A stretch of DNA of 63,999 bases, the filler included, from Sphacelaria rigidula (taxonomy: Eukaryota): NCBI GenBank assembly GCA_964200075.2. It is 5 parts of 5 records of this genome, joined end to end, with 100 filler letters (N's around TTAATTAATTAA, not from the genome) between each part and the next. Parts side by side here need not be neighbours in the genome. Positions count along the whole stretch, not along the records: positions 38,532 to 51,274 come from CAXNAA020003455.1; positions 51,375 to 63,999 come from CAXNAA020003557.1; 3 more parts are not named here. One strand, given 5' to 3'. The translations under genes and the position numbers were made by a program. Shown here piece after piece: positions 40,532 through 52,099 of this stretch (position 1 is the first letter of the stretch; the number at the start of each line of letters is the position of its first letter). Under the pieces are notes generated by a model. It was not told where the DNA came from, searched no databases, and saw nothing but the letters and a program-made list of their open reading frames with translations.

Positions 40532-40975
40532 GAGTGGTACACAACACCATACTCAAACCACTCGGAGAACATCGTCTGCACAATAATGTATTTTGTACCT
40601 AGTATACCATGATCTTAACCCCTGAGGTGTGAAGTTTTTGCCGAATGTTCGTGTCTCATTTCCAGGAGTGGATGCTAGCAAGGTCGAAACATAAATTGGT
40701 GAAAGCACGTGAGTACAACGCGTGTACTATTCGTATCAGGAGGTGTAATACCTTCGAGAAGTTCGGAGGAGTAATCGCCTGAAGTGTACTGTAGTGCAAT
40801 GTAGGGACGAAACCAGCACAAGGGGCCCTACGCAGGGAATGCCACCTGCTTCCGAAGCTTGGGTCGTAAAGCTGCTTGAGTATGTCGAGATTGCAACTCT
40901 GATGCACGTGTATGAAAAACGGAGTCTGCAACAGAACTACCTCGTGATTCAATGATGTGTCGATACGTACCACAG

Positions 40976-43900
40976 ATCTGGGACTGCGAGAGCCACGCAG
41001 AGAGGATGAGCATCATCAGCGGACACGAAAACAATGTCTTTCAGGCGCGTGCCCTCCCGTACACCGACAACCAAAAGGTAGGTCTGCGATGCCGCGCGAT
41101 TCCCAGATCACATGGTATACCGTCCTCTGGGTAAGGTACGTACCAAATGTCTCGGGTAGCTCGGTAGATGATGAGAACCTACCTACAATCCCGTTCCGTG
41201 GCTGATGCTGTATTTTAATTTGAGTTCAAGGCTGGTGGCCGAATTTGAGCATCGTTTGGAATGGAATCTCAGATAGACGACACCGGGGAGCTCGATCTCT
41301 CGAACAAGCGTTGGAGTGGGCGGCGGCCGTGGCTTCTTAATCCAACAAAGGTCGCGGCGATCCGTACGGTCAACAAGTACATTCAACCATGTTTTTCACG
41401 TTTCCCCCCTCCCGAAATATAGGCGAAATACCACTATTTTCGAGCCGACTCTTGAATTTTTTACCGTTCCCCCATGTAGGGCAATCAATACGCAGACAAA
41501 AACGTATACTTCCTCTGTCCCCACAAGTCTGGTCGGTTATGGGCGTTTTTTTGTTTGGGTGGAAGGGTGTTGACGGTTACCCTATAGTTGGGTTCTATAG
41601 AAGGATGAAACGCAGACGCAGCGGATGAAAAAAAGAAATAAGTTCGTTTTCAATACTAAAACTAGGTCAGAATATACCCCATTTCGGCCAGTTTTGAGAT
41701 TTTTTATGATGATTGTTTTGAGAAGTTTTGTTTGAATTCGTGATTACCACCCCACATCTTGCTCACAGACATCACAATACGATGGACTTGCCCCCGAGTA
41801 CCCCCCCCCCTCGCAAAGCGAGTGGTGAGCTTCCATTGAGTCGCCGCTATGCGATTGCGATGGAGGTTGCGCTCGCTATTCCACCGGGCAAGACTAGGGT
41901 GCCCAAGGGCTCACTGGGGCCAATTTGCGAACGCTACGAGGTTGGTCCCGAGTACCCGACAAAATTGTGGAGGAACGCCAGAGCCCAGATGGACGCTACC
42001 CAGGAGGTCGACTTTTCGAACAGCGCAAGAAGTGGACGTCCGTCGCGCCTCACGCCCACCAAGGTGGCGGCGCTGAAGAAGTTTTTTCTTCCCAACACTT
42101 TTTTGCCCCTGGGAAAGGGGCGAAAGACGGCCATTTTTTGGGCGACTGACATTTTCGCGGCCGTGCGGCCGCATGGTTCAAGAGCATGCTGCAAAAACAA
42201 ATGTTGTTCCACCTCAAAAAACGGCGAAGAAATAAATAACAAACATTGAAAATCAGATCGGACAACGTCAGGGGCTCGTATAAACATAACCGACCAGACT
42301 ACGGGACAGAGAAGGTAAGGTTCGACTAAAAAAAACGCGGAAGATTTCAAAAACGTTTTCGCCTACGGTATCGGACACGGTTAAGGCCCCTGTGGACATA
42401 ACGAACTTCATTTGTGGCACAGAGGAAGTCTATGTTCGAACTCAGCGGAAAAGATTGAATATGTAATGTTCGGTTTTCATGTTCGATGGGGTAGCACCTC
42501 CCGCGTGGAAGCATAGACCGAATGAGCGCTTTTTCAAAGCTTTCCGACAGAGACATTTCTGTCGGTGGGAGAGTAAGTGAGTTGAGGGCTCCACACGTGC
42601 AGTGCTATTCCTTTTCAGTAATATGCAGGCGGTGTTCTTGGAGATTTTGCGTCCCAACACGATACACTAGGCGTCTGATGATACTGAACGGTGACGTATG
42701 TGTGAACTGAAGCCGCAGGTAGATATTGACGCAGCAGTTCCGGCGACCTAAGGCGTTTTGTGCGCTGCGTGGCTTGAAAGGATAATTATGCACGATGCTG
42801 CGGTGATTCCGCAAATAGGAACACTTTCTGATGAGAATTCTAGAGGGTGATGACATGAAATCCGCGCCGAGGCAGGAGTAGATATTTCCATCCTTGTTTA
42901 CATCGGCCGCCTGTTGGTGAGGCTGGCACCGAGGCGGTTAATGACCACCAGTTAAGGTTCTCCATATGTTTGAGGCGGATGTCTTCGAGTTTTATACGCC
43001 GTGCCGAGTAACATACGGCCACACAACACAGCCAAGGAGAAGGATGTCTTCTGTCGAGGACCACTGCGGACCTGCTGGGGGAGGGGGCATCGTCTCCATC
43101 ATAGTGCTAGACTTGGCGTGGCCGTTACCATGACGATATGAAAATGACAGGAGCAGTTGCTGCAGTTTTCTTCTATCACAATAAATTGGATATTCTTCGG
43201 TGGTGTGCTCCCACGTTGAGAAATTTACTCTTCTCTGGCAGGGGCGTGATCGCTCTTGTGCAGAGTTTTCACTTGGTTCCAGAACAGGACAGAGCGCGAG
43301 TTGCATTTGAAAATTTTCACGGATGGATCGCGGGTATTTTAGCCCTGTCGAGACGTGGCTCGCATCGTACAGTGCTCCACTGCGCGTTGCACTGGCACTA
43401 GGAACACACAGTGTCAACTTCGTCGGGTATTACCGTTCGCGGATACATATCGTGCAATAAGCGCTTCCCCCTTTCGTAGTGATATGCATCCTTTCCCATC
43501 CGGCTGTCAAACGCGCGAATGCTGGTCTAAAGCGCCACGTATCCGTGCTGATGTGGAGACCTCTCTTCCAAGGCCGCCTTCTCCTCTAGTCTCTCCATAT
43601 TTCAGGCCTTCGAGTATGACCGTCTCCAATTGACGCCGCGGATGATGAATTATAAGTGCGGTAGAATGCCTCCATAATATTGAAAAGGAATATCACTGCG
43701 TGACCACATACCTTGGAAGATGAGAAAAGTTGCGGTTTTGTGAAGTTTACTCTAACGCAAGAAGGAGTTCACCCGCAGTACGGACATAATCGAAAAGCCT
43801 CCAAGTACAGCGTAAAAATAGTATCTGGCTCGTGCCATAAATCGCTGCCCCACACGGTCTACAAAACCGGAGATGAGGGGTCAATTCTGCGTGATTATTC

Positions 43901-46900
43901 TCCATTTCCCCCGTGTTTTTATGACTACGCATTCCCTGCTGCAGAGCTGGTACAGCATGCTTGGTATGTTTGGCGGGTGATGGAATCGTGGTCCAACGTA
44001 CGTGGAAAAGCATGTGCTGAATTTGTACAATCAACTTGCCGGACTCTGTTTCCTTGTTACCCCCCTGCAGTGCTGCAAGGCACGCCCTGTATGAAGCTCT
44101 GGTTCACCACCGAGACTTGATTTGACCCGCACAGACCTGTAGGGGAAACGTGTGGACTTTTACAACCAAAGCTCCGTGCAGGTTACTGATTGGGGCGACG
44201 ATCACGGATATGGGTTTCTTTGCTGCTGATTCGTGAATGATGAGAAATTGCGTGGATACACGTTTCCAGACAAGTGGTTTCCGCCTCTTTTATAGCAATG
44301 TAACGTTTCCCACCACTGACATATGAATTGACACATGGATTTCACCTCGAGAGATTTGACAACCCGCTCCCGCCGTCCTTTCGCACTAAAACCCACAGCA
44401 TGCGATGGATTCGACGTAACGGTGAGGTTGAATGGTTATTCACCTCATGCACGGTTTACTCCCCATCATCACCCAAGGAATGGTGTTGCTCACAATATGC
44501 CGTAGTTTCCTACGTCATGATGAAAACATAACATGCATGATGACACCAACAAAACGCCTTGTCACCTCCGTAGTCCGCATCAACGTTTGCTGACCTAAAT
44601 TTACGGATTCCGGAAATTCAATTTTGCCAAATTGTTGCCGAAGGTTAGGGTCTTTCGGTGGTGTAAAATCTTTTCATTTTTCGCAATGCTTCTAGACGGG
44701 TGGGTGGTATCCCGATTTTCAATTCCTGCGCGGCAAAATTTCCTGCCAAGCACTGTTTTTTTCACTCAGTGTGCCACGAGGATTATGTGATCAACTTTGT
44801 CACAAGAAGCATTTCAGTTAACCCCTTTAACACCCGAGAACCTAGTGGGCGGTTGCTGTTTATAGCCCGTTGATCATTGCTTCCTCCTGTGGAGCGTCAA
44901 GCTCTTTCCAGGAACAGGGGTCTTGAAGACTGAAAGAGACCGTTGCCATACATATTCCGCGTGTCATAGTGCTTTGTGGCTGAGATATACACCGGGGCGG
45001 CCCTGAGCATAATTCCATGACGCAAGTATACCATCTCGAGTGGCGATCGCGCCAGCAGCAGTACTGTCGTCGTGCATGCTCAGAAATGTTTATCATGTTA
45101 GACAATATATGATCAATAGTTGCAATGGACAAGAAATGCACTGCGTAAAGTATCGGCCTACTGCGACTATTGTCGCGCGACCATCGTCACAATTGGCCGA
45201 TACTTTATCCAGTTTATTTCTTGTCTATTGCAACTATTGGCCATATTTCGTCCCAACATGTGAAATGTTTCCAGCTGTGGGCAGGCCGTTTTGTGTTGCC
45301 TTGCATCCAGTGTGTTCCTGCCAAGAGTAGTTGATGATCATCGGTCCGTGACACCACAACCTGGCGTTCCCACCCGGCGATCTCTAGATCTCATCGAAGT
45401 TGGTGAAATAAAACACGGAAGAGTGTGTGTGATTCTTTTTTGGAACGTGCATGTTCGACTGGAGTCCACCGTCTACGCACATGGTTGAGATCACAACCTA
45501 GTATCGAGAGTATCGGAGGGTTGACCCCTTCCCCTGGTTTTTATGCGGCTGTAATTGCGGGTAAACGCCTTGCCCTACGTTTAGTTTCCCGAGTTGCATC
45601 ATTTTAAGGGGGGAGGTGGTTGAGATCATGTGAATATCTGGAACAAACATGGGACGCAACATTGTATTTTTCTGTGCTGTACTTTCCAATTTTACGACAC
45701 TAGAAGATAATGTCGCTTATTGCTGTGTCCTACTGTATGATTCTTGAAGATCTTGCACCAGAAGGTCTGTAGGTATCAAATCACATGTTGCATTCACCCA
45801 CGAAACCACATGGGATAATGAGGTCACATACGTCCCGAACACATTACTCTTCTCCATTGCATAGGCCCTGATGCGGCAGCTCCCATCCTTCCTGTAGGCG
45901 GACAATCTGGTTGATCATGATGTACGAAGTCGATTTCCTCGTGCTTGGCGGAATATATGTACCCATCACATGTCGAAAGAAACACGAAGTAGAGTTCATT
46001 TGCGAAGTGCAGCAGCGATGTGAGAAACAAACGGTTGGTAGCAGCTCCGCAGCGAGAATCCATGTGTGGAGAAGCTGAGGAAACGAACCACTGTGGGCGG
46101 ACCCTCTCCCCCAGCAAGCAATGGGCTTGACCGCGCTACACCAACGCATGGGGACTGCTGCACTACGATCTCTGTCTCTGCGATGTTTGCCTGTGTTCGT
46201 TCGTCATGAGTGAAGACATACTCACCTGTAAATGTATGTTGATTGCGTAGTATATACTTTCAGTATAGATGCTTTGTGTAACTGAAGCGCCGGGGTAATG
46301 ACATGCTTCCCCACCCACCCTCGAGCCAATTTGAAACTTGTATCGGGAATCCGATGGTGAAGCGAGATCATGGTTTTAACGCTCGAGATATCTAGTCATT
46401 GCACATATGTCAGAAAACTTAGCCTGGGTAGTAAAATTTTTCACAACTTGGGCCAATGTGGTGTTTGTTACCGGTGCCCGTTGTTATTAGTAAGTCATAA
46501 TGTAGCACTCGGTGAAGGGCTTGCGATGGGTGTTTGCTCTTGTTCGACGCGACAGAGGTGTGCAATATCTCGTGTAGAATCGAAAGTGTGCGGTATGATG
46601 AACACTGTCTGCACTACCTACTGTATCTGCGTTTTACACCAGCACACACTTACGCTCACAAATGCAATACAACCCTCTGCGCGCCCCCTGCACCAAGTCT
46701 CCAAATCGCAAAATTGTCAGCCCCCTAGGTGCTCGGGAAAAAAATTACCATGATAATCTCGATTTCGCTTTCTTCCCAATTTGATCAGAATTGTCCGTCA
46801 ACCCGCAAGTGTTTCTCATTAGTTATCCACGTGCATGCATACTTTCATTTTTTATATTCCCCTACATGCGTGCGGCGACGTGCAGATCGTGACCAGTGCT

Positions 46901-49618
46901 GCGGACGGTCAAGTACGTCTCATAACTCTGTCATCCTCCGGAGACTCGTCAACCAAGAGAATGGGGCAACACGACCGCTCCGCCCACCGCCTAGCGATCG
47001 AGCCTGGGTCGCCGCACCGCTTCATGTCGTGCGGTAAGGAACGAATAAACCGTCCCCGAAGTTACGTCGTTTTTTTTATTGCCTGCTGTGTCATACTCCA
47101 TCGATACGTGGCTCACTCTCGAGGAAGCGTGAATTGAGCTTTTGCTGCGCCTGTGAGCAAAGCGTCGAAGTGTTTGTGCGAAGATATCCCAAGTATTTTT
47201 TGTTATTTCTTTTTACGTTTGCTTCGAAGCCATTCAACTACGAGGCCATTGAGCTGACGTACCATCCTTGATGCTAGTGTGTGTGTGTTTTCATCCCCCA
47301 ATGTGGTTGACTGAACCGTACTATGCGTTGACACGTGGCGGAGGGTGAAATATACGGAGTAGATGGCGTAGTGGAAAGATATCATACGGCCCGCGCTCGC
47401 ACAGTGGTCTCCCAGCGTGTCTTGACTCGATGATAAGCAACTGCTGTAGTAGTATCCTCTTGGTGTCGGTTGTGTTGTACAGTTGCTGTTGCTCGAATTT
47501 TGTTGAGCGATTTGTTTTTGCTTGAACGATTTATGTGTGTACACAGGTGGAAGACGAGGGTCGGGGGGGGGGGGGGGGGGGAAAAACCATTGTGGGTCCT
47601 TGAAAAAATTCCGGCCGTGTTTTGTTTTTTTTTCTTNNNNNNNNNNTTTTTGTGGGAATGTCGTGGCGGTGTGTGTGGGCCGCTGTCAAAGACGATCTGC
47701 GCTCTTGAAACAATTCCGGCTCGTCTTTGCTTTTGTTCAGTTCGCTAATGATACCTGCAGTCATCGCGGTCGTGCCTATGCTGGAGCTACTCCCGGCCAG
47801 GATACCATGGCTCCAAGTTTGTCGCGTATTTGACATTTGTTTTGGCGTCTTATGCGTTGCTGTTCAAGATCTGGAGCCATGTGCACTTGCGTCGTTAGTT
47901 GACTCCTGATTGATTGATTGATTGATTGATCGATCGGTTAGTGGATTTTTGGAAGTCTTGTCGTCAACTGGTGCCCGCTGAAAGCCCAGCCGTTGTCACG
48001 TGATCGATATACAATGGCCCCGGTAAATCGAGAGGAAATATTACGGCTGAACGCAAGGCTATCAAGTATGGAGGAATAATACGTTGGATGGCAAGACCAT
48101 CAAGTATGGAGAAACAACCCGTTGGATGTGCGTGATTTCGGAGAGGTTACAAGCGTTGCGTTTTATTTTCCGCTGCACCGTGTGTGTGTAAAAACGCGTG
48201 ATATTGACCCAGGCGAAGATGGCGTGGTGATGAGCTATGACCTGCGCTCTCACCACAGGGGCAACCCTGTGCTCACGCGCAACGACTACAACATCAAGGG
48301 CATGGCGCTCAACCCCGTCGAACCCCACTATTTCTTTCTATGCGGCGACAACCCGTTCCTGGATCTCTACGACTATCGGAAGGCCGATGCTCCCGCGGCA
48401 AAGTGAGTGTCTTGTGCATGTGTATTTATTTTCATTTTTCCGTTGCTGTCTTTTAACCCCCGCCACCCTCTGCCCCCACTCCCTCCCCTTCCTCAGGATC
48501 TCCAAGGGTGAAGACATTCTCCCATGGTATGTACCGTGTACGTCATTATGCAGAATTCCATCCGAGCAGTTGATCAACTGTCACTCCACGCACGCGACCC
48601 GTTGACGTTCATTAGACTTGTTGTTTTTACCAAGTCTCGCTCCTCCGTTTTTTTCGGCGGACAAAACCCAGCATCGAGACTCGACACCAGGCACTGAAAC
48701 CCGTGAATTCAGCCCGAAGTATCGTTGGTGTCTATTTTTCCCCCAGCGAGATGGTCACAACGCGATGGATTTGACTACCTACGGTGCTACTGTTGAACTG
48801 AGACAAGGCGTTGGTGGTTGTAGTCGTAGGAGTGTCGCTGGGGAAGGATTTGACGGACACATGTCAATCAGCACACTTTGTGTTTCATCTTTTTCAGGGT
48901 GTCAGGACTGTATGAAGTCCATGCGTTTTGTATATCCTTATCGGTATGGCCCTGTTGAAGATCATCTTGAGTATTTCGCGAGTTACGAGTATTTTGTATC
49001 ATTCGCGGATGGCAAAACGATCGTTGTTGCGCGAAAGTAACAATGCTGGAAACAAAATGTTGAAAGGGGGGGCAGTCATCATTTAGATAACGTTATATCA
49101 TCACACAAACGGTAGAGTAGAACAAGTTCGTTCTGTTCCACGTATTTGATTCAGATCATGCCATGTTCTACATGCAGCATGTTTTCTATCAACGATTGAG
49201 GGAAGATTTTCAAACTGTCCACAGAGCACCTTGCCGACGTTTGAGAAAGCTGGTCTGAACTCCCGAAACATGTGCAAATTATGTAGTTGTTCTGAAACTG
49301 GTGGATGGATGGTCCGCGTATGTTCAGGCACGTTCGTTCTACAATGAGCCAACTGTTCTATGTTCTGCCCTGTCGTTTGTCTTGTATAATCCATGTACCA
49401 ACGGAAACGTCGATTTTTTCCCTCCATTTTCCTTTATCCATGTACAGGTTTTGCCCTCCAGACTTGTGGGATCACCCAAGCGCCATGATAACAGGGTGCG
49501 CGGTAAACTGGTGCGGTTCTGAGGTGTTGGCCACATACAACCCGCAGGGGGCGGTGTATCGATTTGATATTAAAAAGCACGGCAAAAATCCGGGTACAAG
49601 GCGCCGTTGGAGGGAAAG
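40976..49618 (+). CDS. WD40-repeat protein, DCAF8/WDR42A-like (DDB1-CUL4 substrate receptor family); partial, internal exons
   Basis: Phase-consistent exons 40976-41077 (IWDC..SGHENNVFQARALP), 46886-47033 (IVTSAADGQVR..HRLAIEPGSPHRFMSC), 48213-48402 (GEDGVVMSYDLR..LNPVEPHYF..LYDYRK) and 49448-49618 (FCPPDL..ITG..GSEVLATY). These follow the characteristic DCAF8 motif order. Confidence 0.88.
41378..42465 (+). mobile_element. Internally deleted Tc1/mariner (IS630-like) element retaining the transposase N-terminus
   Basis: ORF from the ATG at ~41782 reads ...RRYAIAMEVAL..SLGPICERYEVG..KLWR..SGRPSRLTP, an HTH plus GRPR-like motif. It breaks off with no DDE/D domain. Ends are approximate (weak TACATTCAA / TTGAATATGTA similarity). 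Confidence 0.6.
42560..46150 (-). pseudogene. Heavily decayed coding relic, possibly a long non-LTR retroelement
   Basis: Near 46130-45950 frameshifted fragments KPIA, HGFSLRSC and LLHFANELYFVFL appear in the order expected for LINE RT motifs (RPIxL, QxGF..RS, LYxxFLD). The downstream ~3 kb is protein-like but unassignable. Confidence 0.35.
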
Positions 49619-49657
49619 GTAAGAAGATCTGACATGCGTAGGCGGGTGCGCGCGGGA

Positions 49658-49820
49658 AGGGGGGGGGGGGGACTCATGATTTTGCATGCCAAAGCCGTAA
49701 GACCGTTGACCTCGCATCCCTACAAAGCCGGGATGGAGCACGCAGGGTTTTCGCCGGACCAGGCTCGCACCGCAATCAATCACCAAGCGCGAAGCGCCGT
49801 GGTGTGATCGGCGAGTCGCA
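49658..49820 (-). mobile_element. LINE 3'-end fragment (family 2) ending at a long C-tract
   Basis: Reverse strand reads AWSGENPACSIPAL*GCEVNGL..atcatgagtccccccccccccc; homologous to 1511-1667. Confidence 0.8.
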
Positions 49821-50199
49821 TGAAGGGTGAGTTGCATCCTGCTGAGATTGTTCGGCCCGGAGCGTATTGATTATCTTGCCTTTGGATGACCGCCTCTGAT
49901 GTGTTGCTTCAATTTTTGGTATCGTCACTTCCTGAGACCGCCACGGCTTATACACTGCCTCATGGGTGTCTCACCATGTAAACACCACGTAGCATGATCA
50001 TTTCCTTTGCGCGGAGCTGAGGTTCTCCCACCCCGCACAATACGATCTAGCTCGACCATCACCACGGTTGTTGCGAAAAAAACGCAAGCGCGCAAATAAA
50101 TCGGTAAACCTGGTTCCCTAGCTTACGCAGTGAGTGGCGTGTTTTACAGCGTCATCGGCAACCGACGCCAACCCCATAGGGGGATAGGGGGTAGGGTGC

Positions 50200-50830
50200 G
50201 GGGGAGGGTACGTATTTGTCGCCTGGCTTTGTCATTTGACCATTGACAACGCATCCTGTTCAAGACGGAGAACCGTTCCTACTCCTAATAGAGACGCCCT
50301 ATAAGATTTATTACACAAGAACGATTTACATATATCATCCCCTTCCTGTTTCGCCGTCTGTGGCCATCTATCTTCTAGCATAGCGATCATTTTCTTGCCA
50401 CTATCTAGTGTACCAAACGATTTCATGTCACGTTCGTTCAGTTCCCTCATCCCTATCATGTCCCGCTCCTCCTTCTGCAGTTCGCATTCTGACACGATAT
50501 GGGTTCTACCCTCTGTTGCTTTGCCACAGGGGCAGTTCTGTGCGGCTGCTTCCTCTTCCACCCGACTACAAGTATACCCCTTTCTTCGTTCTCGCAGGTC
50601 AAGGTTCCTCTTCCGATATAGCGGTTTCAACGTTTTCGCGTAGCCCATCGGGCCATACATATTTGTTTTCGTCCCTACTCCCCCTTCAACCCTACGTTTA
50701 TCTTCAGGTGCTCTTCCTCGTCCACCGTGTCTTCGAACGCCAGTTTCGTCCTTATTTCTATCCATTTGTTTACTTGAGGTGATGCTCTTGCGTTGGGCTC
50801 TGCTACAGTACACACTACATTTTTTCATTC
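50200..50830 (-). mobile_element. LINE ORF2 C-terminal fragment (family 1) with CCHC-type zinc knuckle
   Basis: YGPMGYAKTLK..LDLRERRKGYT..CPCGKATEGRTHIVSEC..DRWPQTAKQEGD runs directly into the same terminal sequence as the short copies and a C-rich tract. This links the short repeats to a LINE. Confidence 0.88.
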
Positions 50831-51193
50831 AGCCATATTTTGAACCCCCATTCAAGGTAAGGAGGAGGGGAAGGCACGAGAGTCACGGATGATTGGTCGC
50901 CAGTCCGCAGTGAGGGTTTGAGTAGCAAGAAGCTTTGAATCAAACAATGGTGCCGGGTCCAGCACCAGCTACATCTGCTACAGCACCTTCGCAGATAATC
51001 ACTATTAACCGTTCAACATGAGATCGCCATCAGATAATCTGTAAATCAACCCTCGCGATCTCGATCCACAAATATTCTTCCCATGATTTTTCTTACCTCC
51101 AGAAACTTGTGTACAAATTCCGAGGTGAAAATGACAGCGTTTTACAGTAGTGAACTATCTACTACGGAGTAATGTTTCAGCATAAAACTAGGG

Positions 51194-51224
<31 letters not shown>

Positions 51225-51274
51225 TCCCCCCCCTCCCCCCCCTCCTCCCCATCTACATAGCGCCAACACATCGG

Positions 51275-51374
51275 NNNNNNNNNNNNNNNNNNNNNNNNNN
51301 NNNNNNNNNNNNNNNNNNTTAATTAATTAANNNNNNNNNNNNNNNNNNNNNNNNNNNNNNNNNNNNNNNNNNNN
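51275..51374. other. Artificial contig spacer
   Basis: N44-TTAATTAATTAA-N44. Confidence 0.97.
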
Positions 51375-52099
51375 CCCCCCCCCCCCCCCTCGCGTTCCTT
51401 CGAACAGGCGGGGTCGCGTGGCTTTTTAACAGGTCAAGCGCGACCCCCGGAGGCCCCCCCCCCCCCCCCCCCCCCAGCAAAGGGGGGGCCGCCGGAGGCC
51501 GCCATGCTGGAGGCACGTTTTGACGCGGTAGAGCTAAAAAATACGTGTGCTGTATGTAGCATACGTAGCCGGTAACCGCTAATACAGTCGATAACGGTAG
51601 ATGATGGTTTGAAACCATTGTTCGAAATTCTCAAATAATCATGATCATTATTACCATTATAATGACAATGGCCAGTTATGACTGGAACCATTTCTGAGCT
51701 CTATGGATCACCCACTCAGGAACAGTGACTCCTCACGTATCCGACCGTTGGCTCCCACCTGGAGATTGCACTGAGCGCATTCGCACCACCCTCCACACGA
51801 ACCAAGCCAACGTGCGGATACCACCCACCCTCTACGTTTTCAAAGTCCCGCAATGCAATCCGCCCGTAGGGGTATGTTCCTTCTGTGCATATGTAACTAA
51901 CTATCCCACATCAATTCTCATCGCTTTAATCTAACGTGACCACACCAGTCTTCCCTGATCCATCTTGTCTATTATATTACCGTATGTTTTTGTACCCTTC
52001 ATCGCCACTTCTGATGATCGCATCTATATTGCTTATTCATATGCGAACACACCACGTACGTCGGCGACATGAGTCGCCCTCCCCCGAGTACTGTCATTA

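Noticed and set aside
42700-43000. Fanzor/TnpB RuvC-like words (IKLEDIRLKHM; RRNCCVNI) near a mariner fragment
   Set aside because: The words are in different frames, with no RuvC-I motif and no intact zinc finger, so they are consistent with chance. A TnpB HMM search on a frameshift-corrected translation would settle it.
52011-52052. Hammerhead-like CTGATGA followed by a short stem
   Set aside because: The stem is followed by GAAC with wrong spacing rather than GAAA, and no stems I/III with a cleavage triplet were found.
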